From an uncultured delta proteobacterium (GTDB taxonomy: Bacteria > Desulfobacterota > Desulfomonilia > UBA1062), in NCBI GenBank assembly GCA_963798485.1, contig CAWCTR010000007.1, forward strand, positions 192,001-256,000: 64,000 bases of DNA. Direction: 5' to 3'. Positions 27,953-37,927 of the stretch are shown here, one piece after another. Position numbers and translations under genes: made by a program. The notes below the pieces were generated by a model. It saw only the letters and a program-made list of their open reading frames with translations. It did not search any database and had not been told where the DNA came from. Every line of letters starts with the position of its first letter. The stretch's first letter is position 1.

Positions 27953-30373
27953 TCAGGGGGTTTGCTTTGCCCTGATTATGTTTTCAGCAATCCGCACTGC
28001 CTCGACACCATCTTTGGCATAATAAGCCCCTATGGAGGCGGCATAGTCTGATGTCACAACAGCCCCTCCCACGAGGTAATCACAGGACAACCCTGCTTGT
28101 CTCATAAGATCAAGGGCCCCTTTCATATTCACCATGGTCGTCGTCATGAGGGCTGAAAGGCCCACAATGTCAGGGTTGTGTTTTCCGGCTGCCTCAATGA
28201 GCTCTTCATGGGATATGTCTTTGCCCAGGTCAATCACCTCGAAGCCATTATTCTTCAGCATTAAGCCTACGATGTTTTTCCCGATGTCGTGGATATCACC
28301 CTTGACCGTTGCAAGGATGATCTTTCCCTTGCCGGCCGAAGAGGCGCCTTCCTTATGTAATTGCGGCTGGAGAAATTCGAAGCCGCGCTTCATGGTCTCA
28401 GCGCTGGCTATGAGCTGGGGAAGAAAATACGTTTTCTTCTCATAGAGCTCTCCGACCTTTTGAATGGCGGGGATCATCACCTCATCCACAAGGTCCCGGG
28501 CCGGCCCGCCTTGTTCCATGACGTTTTTGATAAGGGCCGAAATCCCATCCCTGTCTCCCTCGATGATGGCCTGGTATACCTGCTCTTCCATGCTTTTCGG
28601 TGAGGATGTTAACACTCCGCCAAGAAGGGCATCCCTTGATCCGCTGAAATGGGCAATGAAGGCGGCGGCGTCTTTATCCCTTCCTGCAAGCACATCACCG
28701 GCCCTCTTTATGCTCATGAGCTCAACACTTTCCGGATTTGCTATGGCGCTCGTGAGCCCGTTGCAGATAGCCATGGCCATGAATGAGGCATTGATCCACT
28801 TCCTCTCGGGCAACCCGAAAGAGACGTTCGAGAGCCCTACAACGGTCTTTACCCCGAATTTACCGGTGCACCACTCAATGGTCTTCAAGGTCTCAAGGGC
28901 GGCTGACCTATCTGCAGATACCGCCATGGTAAGGGCATCCACAATGATATCATCCTTCATGAATCCAAACTGAGAGGCCTTTTTATAGATACCCTTGATG
29001 ATTGTGCTTCGCTCGGTTGACGTCTTGGGCACGGCCCTGCCGGTTATGGGCAGAAGGATGAACATGGCCCCGTAGAACGCAGCCAGCCTGAAGCGTTCCT
29101 CAAGGGTATTCTCCTCTCCGGATATGGAATTGATCAGAGCCCTGCCCGGATAGATCCTCAGGGCAGCCTCAAGGGAATCGAGGCGGGATGTGTCGATGCA
29201 CAAGGGCGCATCGGTACTCAAGGTTATCTGCCTTACAGCCTGAGACAAGGTTGAAGTCTCATCAAGGCCCGGCATGCCCACGTTCACATCGATGATGGAC
29301 GCACCTTTTTTCACCTGGTCCCTTGCAAATGAGCAGGCAAGAGAAAACTTGCCCGCCAGGAGTTCTTGCTGGAGGTCCTTTTTGCCCGTGGGGTTAATGC
29401 GCTCTCCGATAATGGCAAGGGGCCTGCCCCTGTCCAGCATCACGGTCTTTGAATGCGAGCTGAGAGCACTTACGGACTTCACCAGGGGGGGTTGCCCTTT
29501 AAGATCCAGGCACCTTTTTTTCAGCACCCTGATATGCTCAGGTGTTGTCCCGCAGCATCCCCCCAGGAGGTTTGCCCCGGCATCAACGAGGTCATGGGCA
29601 AATCCTGCAAACTCCTGTGGGTCCATATCGAATAAGGTTTTTCCTTCTTTCAGCCTTGGCAGCCCCGCATTGGGCTTTGCCACCAGGGGCACCTTTGCAA
29701 GGTGTTTCATCCCTCGGATCAGAGGGATCATCTCTTTCGGACCCGCCGAGCAGTTGCACCCGAAAACATCAGCCCCCAGGGCCTGGAGGGTGATGAGTGC
29801 CGAGGCGGTATCCGTGCCGTTCAGCGTCCGGCCTGAGGCATCAAAGGTCATGGAGCAGATCGTGAACCTTTCCGAGATTTCCTTGATGGCGATAAGGGCG
29901 GCTCTGGTCTCCTGCAAATCTATCATGGTCTCTATCACGAACAGGTCGACACCACCGTCGAGAAGCCCTTGCGCCTGCTCTTTATAGCATTTGACCGCAT
30001 CCTCGAAATCAAGGTCCCCGAAGGGGTCTACAAATCTCCCTGTGGGCCCGATATCCCCGGCAACAAGCCCGTTCTTTCCGGCGGCTTCCCTGGCAATAAC
30101 CGCCAGAGCTCGGTTCACGTCATATGCGTCGGATAACCCGTAATCGGCGAGCTTGTACCTGTTCGCCCCGAAGGTGCAGGTATAGATGATATCCGAGCCC
30201 GCATTCAAATAACCCCTGTGCACTGCCTTGATGGCCTGGGGGTTATTGATACAGAACAATTCCGGCGATACACCTTCCGGCATGCCTTGCGCCTGGAGCT
30301 CCGTACCGGTTGCCCCGTCTAGGATAATCAGTCCTTGCCGGATCATCTTTTGAATCCTGAGTTTTGTGTTCAC
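27953..30373 (-). CDS. metH: Cobalamin-dependent methionine synthase lacking the reactivation domain
   Basis: Hcy domain (GCNC, GGCCGTTPEHI), pterin domain (IGERINPTGKK) and B12 domain (GDIHDIGKNIV). Confidence 0.9.
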   Translation of the reverse strand: MNTKLRIQKMIRQGLIILDGATGTELQAQGMPEGVSPELFCINNPQAIKAVHRGYLNAGSDIIYTCTFGANRYKLADYGLSDAYDVNRALAVIAREAAGKNGLVAGDIGPTGRFVDPFGDLDFEDAVKCYKEQAQGLLDGGVDLFVIETMIDLQETRAALIAIKEISERFTICSMTFDASGRTLNGTDTASALITLQALGADVFGCNCSAGPKEMIPLIRGMKHLAKVPLVAKPNAGLPRLKEGKTLFDMDPQEFAGFAHDLVDAGANLLGGCCGTTPEHIRVLKKRCLDLKGQPPLVKSVSALSSHSKTVMLDRGRPLAIIGERINPTGKKDLQQELLAGKFSLACSFARDQVKKGASIIDVNVGMPGLDETSTLSQAVRQITLSTDAPLCIDTSRLDSLEAALRIYPGRALINSISGEENTLEERFRLAAFYGAMFILLPITGRAVPKTSTERSTIIKGIYKKASQFGFMKDDIIVDALTMAVSADRSAALETLKTIEWCTGKFGVKTVVGLSNVSFGLPERKWINASFMAMAICNGLTSAIANPESVELMSIKRAGDVLAGRDKDAAAFIAHFSGSRDALLGGVLTSSPKSMEEQVYQAIIEGDRDGISALIKNVMEQGGPARDLVDEVMIPAIQKVGELYEKKTYFLPQLIASAETMKRGFEFLQPQLHKEGASSAGKGKIILATVKGDIHDIGKNIVGLMLKNNGFEVIDLGKDISHEELIEAAGKHNPDIVGLSALMTTTMVNMKGALDLMRQAGLSCDYLVGGAVVTSDYAASIGAYYAKDGVEAVRIAENIIRAKQTP

Positions 30374-30391
30374 GAATACCTCTCTTGTAAC

Positions 30392-31030
30392 CTACATCTT
30401 CGCTCGGGGCGCTACAACCCCTGCAATGGCGGTGACACTCTTTTCAGGCATGAGAATGTATCTGTCCGTAATAGAAACACCGATCTTATCCAGATGGAGA
30501 AGCTCATGAATGGCCTTCTGGTTCTCCAGGGAAAAATCCCCGTAGCCTGCAGAAAACCGGGCCTTTGTAAGGCTCCTGGCCTTTCTCATGAGATCCCGGT
30601 TCATATAATCCATCATCCAGTCAAGCCCTGAATCGGTCATCTCACTGGCAACGGCATCGAGTATTACCGCCCTGGTCAGACTTTCCGATTGAGTGGCCGA
30701 TGAAATCTCTTCCATAATCGCCTGACCGGCAGTGGCGCCCATGAGCAGCACCTGCCCGCAACCGGAAAGCATCCCTGCAAGCGCACTGCTCGTAAAGACG
30801 GTCTTATCTTCCAACTCAACGCCGGATCGATCAACCCTCACAAGGTCCAGCATACAGGCAGCCCCCTTGAGATGAACAATCCTAGAGGCCTCGTCGATGG
30901 TGGCCGTAAGTTTATTCTCTTCGGCAGGGTTGAGTTCGGTTACACCCTTCTTGAAACCAAGCCGTTTATAGATCGCCTTCATGGGCAGAGGCACCCGCAT
31001 AGCATTAAAATAGACCGGTCCTTGAAACAT
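30392..31030 (-). CDS. Stand-alone methionine synthase activation domain
   Basis: RFSAGYGDF and LMPEKSVTAI motifs. Immediately upstream of metH. Confidence 0.85.
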   Translation of the reverse strand: MFQGPVYFNAMRVPLPMKAIYKRLGFKKGVTELNPAEENKLTATIDEASRIVHLKGAACMLDLVRVDRSGVELEDKTVFTSSALAGMLSGCGQVLLMGATAGQAIMEEISSATQSESLTRAVILDAVASEMTDSGLDWMMDYMNRDLMRKARSLTKARFSAGYGDFSLENQKAIHELLHLDKIGVSITDRYILMPEKSVTAIAGVVAPRAKM

Positions 31031-31195
31031 GCTGTATGATCTAGTTGTTCAACAAGAAAGATTCAAGCCCTTTTCATACTCCATGGGTAGATCCGTGATT
31101 CACAGGCCAGGGATAAATCTCTGGTAGACCGACTATTGTTTTGGTATTATGCTATGATCGTAACACATCCTGTGCAACATAGATGAGGAGTTCCT

Positions 31196-32590
31196 ATGGA
31201 TCTTCAGAGGCTTTTTTATCCTGAGAGTGTTGCGGTTATGGGTGCCTCTCCAAAATTGGGAGGCGGAAAGATGCCGTACTACCAAATACTCCAGTGGGCC
31301 GGCTATAAGGGGAGGTTGTATCCTGTCAATCCAAAGTATACGGATATTAATGGGATCAAGGTATATGCGTCCCTGGACGATATCCCGGAAGCGGTAGATC
31401 TTGCCATCGCAGGCGTGCCGGCAAACAAGGCTTTGGAGACGGTTGAGGCGGCGGCCCGCAAGGGCATCAAATACCTTCACTTCTTCACTTCGGGCTTTTC
31501 AGAGATCGGAAACATCGAACTTGAAAAGGCAATACTAATGGCTGCCGCCAAGGGTGGCACGAGGATCATCGGACCCAACTGCATAGGCATCCATTGCACT
31601 GAGGCTTCAATCACCTGTGACATCCCCAAGACCCCCATTTCCGGCATCGGCACAGTGGCCTTTCTTGGTCAGTCGGGCGGCATGACCCACAACTTCATGC
31701 GGATGGCCCATTCCCGCAAACTCGAGCTTAATAAAGTAGTCTCATACGGCAACCAGATCGACCTGAAAGTGGAGGATTTTCTGGAATACTTAGCCGAGGA
31801 TGATACGGTAAAGGTGATTGCCGCCTATATTGAAGATATCAAGAACCCCAGGCGCTTCATGGATGCCTTGGATAAAACGACACGTAAAAAGCCCGTGGTC
31901 ATCCTCAAGGGGGGGATAACGGAACAGGGCGCCAAGGCGGCGGCATCTCACACAGGCGCCATGGCGGCAAGCCATGAGATCTGGACTGCCGTCATGAAGC
32001 AATCGAATGGTATAACGGCACTGAATTTTGAACAGTTGGTAGACCTAACCATGATGGCCGTTTCCGAGAAAACCCCTGCCGGCCCCAGGCTTGGTTTCCT
32101 TGGTGCCGGGGGAGGCACTTCGGTGCTCTTCACCGATTTCTCATCGCTTGCAGGCCTGCCGCTGCCCGAACTGTCGCAAGAAGCCCAGAGGCGCATCAGC
32201 GAACGCATCAGCAATGTGAACACCAGCACCACCAATCCGGTTGATCTCGGGTTCTACGGTTTTGATTTCACCATTATGGCCGATACCATCGAGGCCATGG
32301 CTGATGATGAGAACATCGATGCCATTATCCCCTACTTTTCTTTGGACTTCATCACGTCATTTCAGAAAGACCAGATCGAGAGCGGCCCGCACACCATCGT
32401 AGAGGCCTGCCAAAAGATCGATAAGCCGGTCATCCCTGTCCTGTCGCAGTTTACCGAGAACATCCTCGACATTGAAGAGGTGCGCATCAGGATGTTCTCC
32501 ATCTTCAGAGACGCGGGGCTTGCGGTTTACCGGACCCCGCAGGATGCCATCGACTCCATTAAAGGATACCTGAAATGGCGGTTGCGGTAG
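31196..32590 (+). CDS. NDP-forming acyl-CoA synthetase alpha subunit (CoA-binding)
   Basis: PESVAVMGAS, YPVNP, IGPNCIG, QSGG, AASHTG (phospho-His) and NPVDL motifs. No ATP-grasp domain. Confidence 0.88.
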   Translation: MDLQRLFYPESVAVMGASPKLGGGKMPYYQILQWAGYKGRLYPVNPKYTDINGIKVYASLDDIPEAVDLAIAGVPANKALETVEAAARKGIKYLHFFTSGFSEIGNIELEKAILMAAAKGGTRIIGPNCIGIHCTEASITCDIPKTPISGIGTVAFLGQSGGMTHNFMRMAHSRKLELNKVVSYGNQIDLKVEDFLEYLAEDDTVKVIAAYIEDIKNPRRFMDALDKTTRKKPVVILKGGITEQGAKAAASHTGAMAASHEIWTAVMKQSNGITALNFEQLVDLTMMAVSEKTPAGPRLGFLGAGGGTSVLFTDFSSLAGLPLPELSQEAQRRISERISNVNTSTTNPVDLGFYGFDFTIMADTIEAMADDENIDAIIPYFSLDFITSFQKDQIESGPHTIVEACQKIDKPVIPVLSQFTENILDIEEVRIRMFSIFRDAGLAVYRTPQDAIDSIKGYLKWRLR

Positions 32591-32660
32591 ATCGCGGCCT
32601 TTGGTATGGGATTATCTGCCTGCGGGCACAGACAAGCCGGGGCATGATAAGAGGACTGCA

Positions 32661-33599
32661 ATGAACTACCTGGTGATGGGAGCAGGCGCCTTGGGGAGCG
32701 TGTTCGGGGGGTTGCTCGCAGAACGCGGCCATGACGTGACCTTTGTGGGCGCAGACGACCACCTGCTGGCCATGCAGAAGCAGGGCCTGACCGTCACCGG
32801 CATCTGGGGAGAGCACAGGATCGGCCCCGTAAAGGCATACTACGGCACCAAGGACCTCTCCGGGACCTATGACGTGGTCCTTCTGTCCGTGAAGTCCTAC
32901 CACACCGCAGCGGTCATCACCCAGACACTGCCTTTTATCCACAAAGAATCTCTCATCTTTTCCATCCAGAACGGTCTTGGCAACTGGGAGGCCATCGCAC
33001 AGGCCGTGGGTTGGGAAAGGACCGTGGGGGCCCGCGTCATCTTCGGCGCCGAGATCGAGCGCCCGGGCACTGCCAGGGTGACGGTCTATGCCGACAAGGT
33101 GCTTTTAGGTTCGCCTTCCGGGACAGCCCCTGCCGGCATAATAGAAAAGGTCTGTGATCACTTCAACGATGCAGGAATCCCAACCGCACTCTGTGAGACG
33201 ATCACGTCCTTCCTGTGGGGCAAGGTGCTCTACAACTGTTCGCTGAACGCCCTGGGCGCCATCCTGAACGTGCCCTACGGCCGTTTACGAGAAACCCCCG
33301 AGGTCATGGAGACAATGCGCCGTATCATTGCCGAAATCTTTCTGGTTGCAGACTCCAAGGGGGTGAAGCTCCCCTATGAAAACGCTGGGGCCTATTATAA
33401 GGTCCTGACAGAGATGCAGCTCCCGCCCACGGCAACGCACCGCTCCTCCATGCTCCAGGACATGGCAAAGGGGGGCAGGCTTACCGAGATCGATGCGCTC
33501 AACGGCGCCATAAGCAGATACGGGCGCGAGCAGGGCATTCCCACACCGGTCAATGACGTGCTCACCGCCATCATCAAGGGTTTCCAGGTTTCTTCCTGA
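32661..33599 (+). CDS. panE: 2-dehydropantoate 2-reductase
   Basis: GAGALG, SIQNGLG, WGKVLYNC, SSMLQD and TEIDALNG motifs. Confidence 0.9.
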   Translation: MNYLVMGAGALGSVFGGLLAERGHDVTFVGADDHLLAMQKQGLTVTGIWGEHRIGPVKAYYGTKDLSGTYDVVLLSVKSYHTAAVITQTLPFIHKESLIFSIQNGLGNWEAIAQAVGWERTVGARVIFGAEIERPGTARVTVYADKVLLGSPSGTAPAGIIEKVCDHFNDAGIPTALCETITSFLWGKVLYNCSLNALGAILNVPYGRLRETPEVMETMRRIIAEIFLVADSKGVKLPYENAGAYYKVLTEMQLPPTATHRSSMLQDMAKGGRLTEIDALNGAISRYGREQGIPTPVNDVLTAIIKGFQVSS

Positions 33600-33604
33600 A
33601 TATA

Positions 33605-34923
33605 TCAAGACAGCTTGAGCGAACTCTTGATCTCCTGATACTGCTCATAGGTGAACGCGTCCGATCTGCATGGCAGGAGGGTGTTGTTCTGGTACAGGGG
33701 TTCTTCTTCTATAGGATACCGGCTTGACCTTTTCGCCTCCTCCCACTCGTGTGTGTGGGGTATGGGTGAGTACTCGGACAGCCTCGGCCTTCCACCGTTT
33801 TCCTTGACAAAGCGCACCGCATCCATCACCTCTGAAGCCCCCTGGCCCGGCAGACCGCACAGGATATAGACACCGACCTCATCAGTGCTATACCCTGCCT
33901 TATGGAGGTTCTCCATGGCATCAATAAACTCGGAGTTTGTCACCTTGCCCCCGGTCCGGTGCTGCCTCGATGGGTCTGAAGTTTCCAGGCCGAGCCTGAT
34001 GGTGGCAAAGCCCGCCTGTCTCATGAGCATGGCTGTCTCCCGGGTGATCTCGCGGGCATGGAGACCGTTGGGGCAGTGGAAGCTTACAGAGAGGTCTCTG
34101 GATATGATCTCTTTGAGGATTCTTGTTGCATGAGGCCTTGGAGTCAACAGGGCATCATCGTAGAAGGCAAAGTCCTGCACGCCGTGATCGCTTCTCCAGA
34201 ATTCGATCTCATGGGCCACCTTCACCGGATCTCTGCGCTCTGAGAACCGCAGAGGTAATGTGAAGCGCAGTAGGTGCAGTGATACGGGCACCCCCTCGAG
34301 GTCCGGATGCTGACAGAGTGCAGGTCGCCCATGAGGTCAAAGCACGGGTAGGGGAGCGTATCAAGATTGTCCGTGTTCGGGAGATCCTCTAAGGGTATGC
34401 CCCACATCGCGCTGAGAAGCCTAAGGATTTCCGTCTCCCCTTCGTGGGTTATGATATGGTCCGCCCTAGAGTATTTCCGGGCATGAGCGGTGCAGAGCGT
34501 GGCATATACGCCACCCAAGATCACGGGCACGCCCGGGAGGCGCTCCTTGATCATCCGGATGGCCTCGAAGACCCCGGGATACCAGTAGGTCATCATTGAG
34601 GTGACAAGCACCGCATCAGGCCGGGCGATTTTATTAAGCTCATCGATAAATACCCCTGGTGTGATGCCGTACCTGGCATAGTACCTTGGGACCATTTGAA
34701 GGGCGGGGGGTTTGGGGATGATCTCTCTGGGGAACCTCCCATGCCCGCCTTGTTTCTTCACATCACCAGGAGCTGTTCTCAGGCAGTCAATGAGATCCAC
34801 CCTGCAGCCGTATTCCCTTAGCAGCGCTCCGATATAGAGAAGCCCCAGGGGCTTTACCCACAGGTCATAGGCGGCAAAGTCATAGATCCAGGGATTGACG
34901 AGAAGGATCTTTCTGCCATTCAT
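33605..34923 (-). pseudogene. B12-binding radical SAM protein, frameshifted
   Basis: LLVNPWIYDFAAYDLW and RGCPYHCTYC in the 5' half, FYDDALL and CPNGLH in the 3' half. Frame changes near 34245. Confidence 0.8.
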
Positions 34924-35034
34924 CCGGTGCTTTCCTTTCCCTGCACGAACTTTCTGCATAGAGGCCGATCATACAGGTATTATTCAATAATAATGTGCAT
35001 ATCAGGGTATGCACCCGGATCGATCCTTATGGCC

Positions 35035-36183
35035 TCATGTCATGAGGTAGCTGCCGATGATGAGCTTCTGGATCTCACTTGTTCCGGCACCGATGGCATA
35101 GGCCCTGCCGTCCCGCAGGAACCGCTCCAGGGGGAACTCCTTCATGTAGCCATATCCGCCATGTATCTGCAGGGCATCCGAGGTGATGCGATTTACCATC
35201 TCGCAGGCATAGAGCTTGACCTGGGCAGCAAGCATCCTGGTCTGTCTCTTATTCCCTTTATCGAGGCTCACAAGACCCTTGTATGCAAGCAGCCTTGCCG
35301 CATCGATCTCGGTAAGCATATTTGCCAGCTTATCCTGGATCATCTGGAAGGATATGATGGGCTCTTTGAACTGCCGGCGCTCTTTGGCATACTTGTGTGC
35401 AGCATCAAACGCTGCCTGGGCGATGCCGATGGCCTGGCAGCTCCAGAGGATGCGTTCTACATCAAGGCCGGAAAACATGACGGCCAGACCTGTTCCCTCG
35501 ACACCCCCCAGCAGGTTTTCCTCCGGCACCCGGCACTCTTCAAGTATGATCTCACCGGTGGGGGACGATCGAAGGCCCATCTTTGAAAGGCTCTTGCCCC
35601 GAGTATAGCCGGGAAATGCCTTTTCAACAATGAAGGCGCTCAGCCCCTTCGGCCCCAGGGCAGGGTCGGTGGTGGCATAGATGAGTGCAACATCTGCGAT
35701 AGGGGCATTGGAAATGAACATCTTGCTCCCATTGAGTACATACTCCCTGCCTTCCTTACGGGCCCTGGTCCGGATGGACAGGGCATCCGAGCCCGCCTCG
35801 GGCTCGGTAATACCCATGCAACCCCTCATCTTGCCGGATGCAAGCTGGGGTAGGTAATTCTCCTTCTGCCCCTGCGTACCGTTTCTCTCGATATTGTTGC
35901 CGCACAGGACTGAATGGGCCCCAAAGACAACAGCAACGCCGGGATCGATCTTGCTTACCTCTTCTGCCATGATACCGAGCGAAACATAATCACTAAAACT
36001 TCCACCGTATTCCGGGCTGATACCCATGCCGACAAATCCCAGTTCCTTGCCTTTTTGCCAAAGGACCTCATCAAAGGTTTCATCCCTGTCCATGGCAGCA
36101 ACCTTCGGCCCAATCTCTTGGATGGCAAAACGCCTCACAGAATCCCTGAGGATCTGGTGGTGCTCGGAAAGATCGAAATCCAT
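35035..36183 (-). CDS. Acyl-CoA dehydrogenase, isovaleryl-CoA dehydrogenase-like
   Basis: TEPEAGSD, GLDVER (helix G Glu) and IGAGTSEI motifs. Confidence 0.9.
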   Translation of the reverse strand: MDFDLSEHHQILRDSVRRFAIQEIGPKVAAMDRDETFDEVLWQKGKELGFVGMGISPEYGGSFSDYVSLGIMAEEVSKIDPGVAVVFGAHSVLCGNNIERNGTQGQKENYLPQLASGKMRGCMGITEPEAGSDALSIRTRARKEGREYVLNGSKMFISNAPIADVALIYATTDPALGPKGLSAFIVEKAFPGYTRGKSLSKMGLRSSPTGEIILEECRVPEENLLGGVEGTGLAVMFSGLDVERILWSCQAIGIAQAAFDAAHKYAKERRQFKEPIISFQMIQDKLANMLTEIDAARLLAYKGLVSLDKGNKRQTRMLAAQVKLYACEMVNRITSDALQIHGGYGYMKEFPLERFLRDGRAYAIGAGTSEIQKLIIGSYLMT

Positions 36184-36387
36184 TACCCCCCCCTTTCAAA
36201 CGGATGCATGTGTTTTTCATAAACCGGTGATCATTCCAAAGATGAACAATTTCTTAACAGTATTATATAGCAAGGCGGATAATCGTACCATCCCTGTTAT
36301 GATAAGGCAGAAAGAATACTCCTCATGAGGGTCCGAACTGAAACGCAATAAAGGAGCGCAACGGTAATCGATACACGGGATATGGCC

Positions 36388-36416
36388 TTGACAGGGCTGT
36401 GCCTACAATGTATTTT
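36388..36416 (+). promoter_or_regulatory. Sigma70-type promoter
   Basis: TTGACA-17-TATTTT just before the PilZ gene. Confidence 0.45.
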
Positions 36417-36424
36417 TGATCACC

Positions 36425-36772
36425 ATGCACAGCAAAAAAGAAAAACGGATACATGAACGGGTCCCCTTTCCGGAGGTAAAAGGCTCCATAGAGTTCAGCG
36501 AGACCGTAAAGACCATCACCGTTGTCAATGCGAGCGTTGAGGGCGTGTGTATATCAGGGGCGCATATACAGGTGGGTTCAGTGGTGAGGCTTGCCATAGA
36601 CGATCTCCATGACATTGGAGATATATCACTGTACTGCAAGGTGGTATGGGCTGTTGAAAAGGAAAAGTGCTCCGGATTGTCATTCCTGAACACAAATAAA
36701 GTCCTCTTTAAAAAAGACCTCCTTTCCTTTAACAGGCTGCTGGAAATAATGCATGCCCTGGAGCAGGCCTGA
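36425..36772 (+). CDS. PilZ domain protein (c-di-GMP receptor)
   Basis: EKRIHER (RxxxR) and NASVEG (D/NxSxxG) motifs. Confidence 0.8.
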   Translation: MHSKKEKRIHERVPFPEVKGSIEFSETVKTITVVNASVEGVCISGAHIQVGSVVRLAIDDLHDIGDISLYCKVVWAVEKEKCSGLSFLNTNKVLFKKDLLSFNRLLEIMHALEQA

Positions 36773-36777
36773 TCTGT

Positions 36778-37791
36778 TCATCCACCTATATCGGACATCT
36801 TTGACCGAGGCATTGACTGAACCATGTCCAAGCCCCGGCATACACCATGTGAAGGCGGCTTTTTCTTTACCCCTTCTTCAATAAGACCTTCCAAGGCTTC
36901 ATCCGATATTCCTCCACGCATCGGCGTGAGAAGGTCGATCTCGTTTTCGGAAAAAAGACACGGCCTTAATCTTCCCCTGGCCGTGATGCGGATGCGGTTG
37001 CATGCCCTGCAGAAATCACGTTCACTTAAAGAACCGATTATGCCTATGCTCCCTTTTGCCCCTGGTATTTTATAGGCTTTTGCAGGGCCAAGTCCGGCCT
37101 TGAGTTGTTCCATCGGTCCATACACACTCTCTATGGAATCCTTGATCTCAATGGCGCCGATGCCTTCATTCTCAGGATATTTGGTGATGCACCCGATAGG
37201 CATGAGTTCGATAAAACGCACCTCAATGGGTAATGTTACGGTGAGCCTGGCAAAATCAGGGATCTCGCTGTCATTGAATCCGCGGATAGCCACTACATTG
37301 ACCTTAACCGGGATCAAGCCATGCTCATGCGCTGCACAGATGCCCCTGATGACCTCATCGATGGCATCAACATGCGTGATGTAGGCGAATTTATTTCTAT
37401 CAAGGGTGTCCAGGCTCACATTGACCCGTTTAAGCCCTGCCTCTCTCAACTTTTGTGCCATGGACTCCAGGAGAATGCCATTCGTGGTGAGAGATATATC
37501 CTTAAGCCCTGCCATCCCGCTCGCATGCTTGATGAAACCGATTATGCCCCTGCGGAGCAGGGGCTCGCCGCCTGTTATTCGCACCTTTGCAACACCACGC
37601 ATGATGCATATATTCAAGATGCGATAGAGCTCCTCATAGGTAATGATCTTTTCATGGGGGACCCACTCTACGCCGGACTCGGGCATGCAGTACCTGCACC
37701 TCAGGTTGCACCGGTCGGTGACTGAGATCCTTATATAATTAATGCGCCTTCCATATAGATCTTCAAGGGGCGTCACCAGGTTCGCCTCCAT
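36778..37791 (-). CDS. moaA: GTP 3',8-cyclase
   Basis: RISVTDRCNLRCRYC, FCRACNRIR, C-terminal IGG. Confidence 0.96.
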   Translation of the reverse strand: MEANLVTPLEDLYGRRINYIRISVTDRCNLRCRYCMPESGVEWVPHEKIITYEELYRILNICIMRGVAKVRITGGEPLLRRGIIGFIKHASGMAGLKDISLTTNGILLESMAQKLREAGLKRVNVSLDTLDRNKFAYITHVDAIDEVIRGICAAHEHGLIPVKVNVVAIRGFNDSEIPDFARLTVTLPIEVRFIELMPIGCITKYPENEGIGAIEIKDSIESVYGPMEQLKAGLGPAKAYKIPGAKGSIGIIGSLSERDFCRACNRIRITARGRLRPCLFSENEIDLLTPMRGGISDEALEGLIEEGVKKKPPSHGVCRGLDMVQSMPRSKMSDIGG

Positions 37792-37836
37792 ATTCAGGTT
37801 ATTTAAGCCACCCCTTATGTTTCAAGAACATTTCCT

Positions 37837-37920
37837 TCAAGCGTAGGACATAGTTGTACCGTAGGGTATCCGGCCGATAGCTGCGAGCATATATTGTGAA
37901 CTCATGAAGGCGTCTCAATC
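37837..37920 (-). pseudogene. Remnant of a methylated-DNA-protein-cysteine methyltransferase (Ogt/Ada)
   Basis: Minus strand reads LAAIGRIPYGTTMSYA*, matching the Ogt motif IPYGxTxSY. Confidence 0.5.
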
Positions 37921-37927
37921 TGAGCGA

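Noticed and set aside
36300-36390. Riboswitch- or hammerhead-like fragments (CTCATGAG..GAAAC; AGGGTCCG..ACACGGGATA)
   Set aside because: The hammerhead core would need CTGATGA and the ykkC/Moco consensus elements are incomplete. An Rfam scan would settle it.
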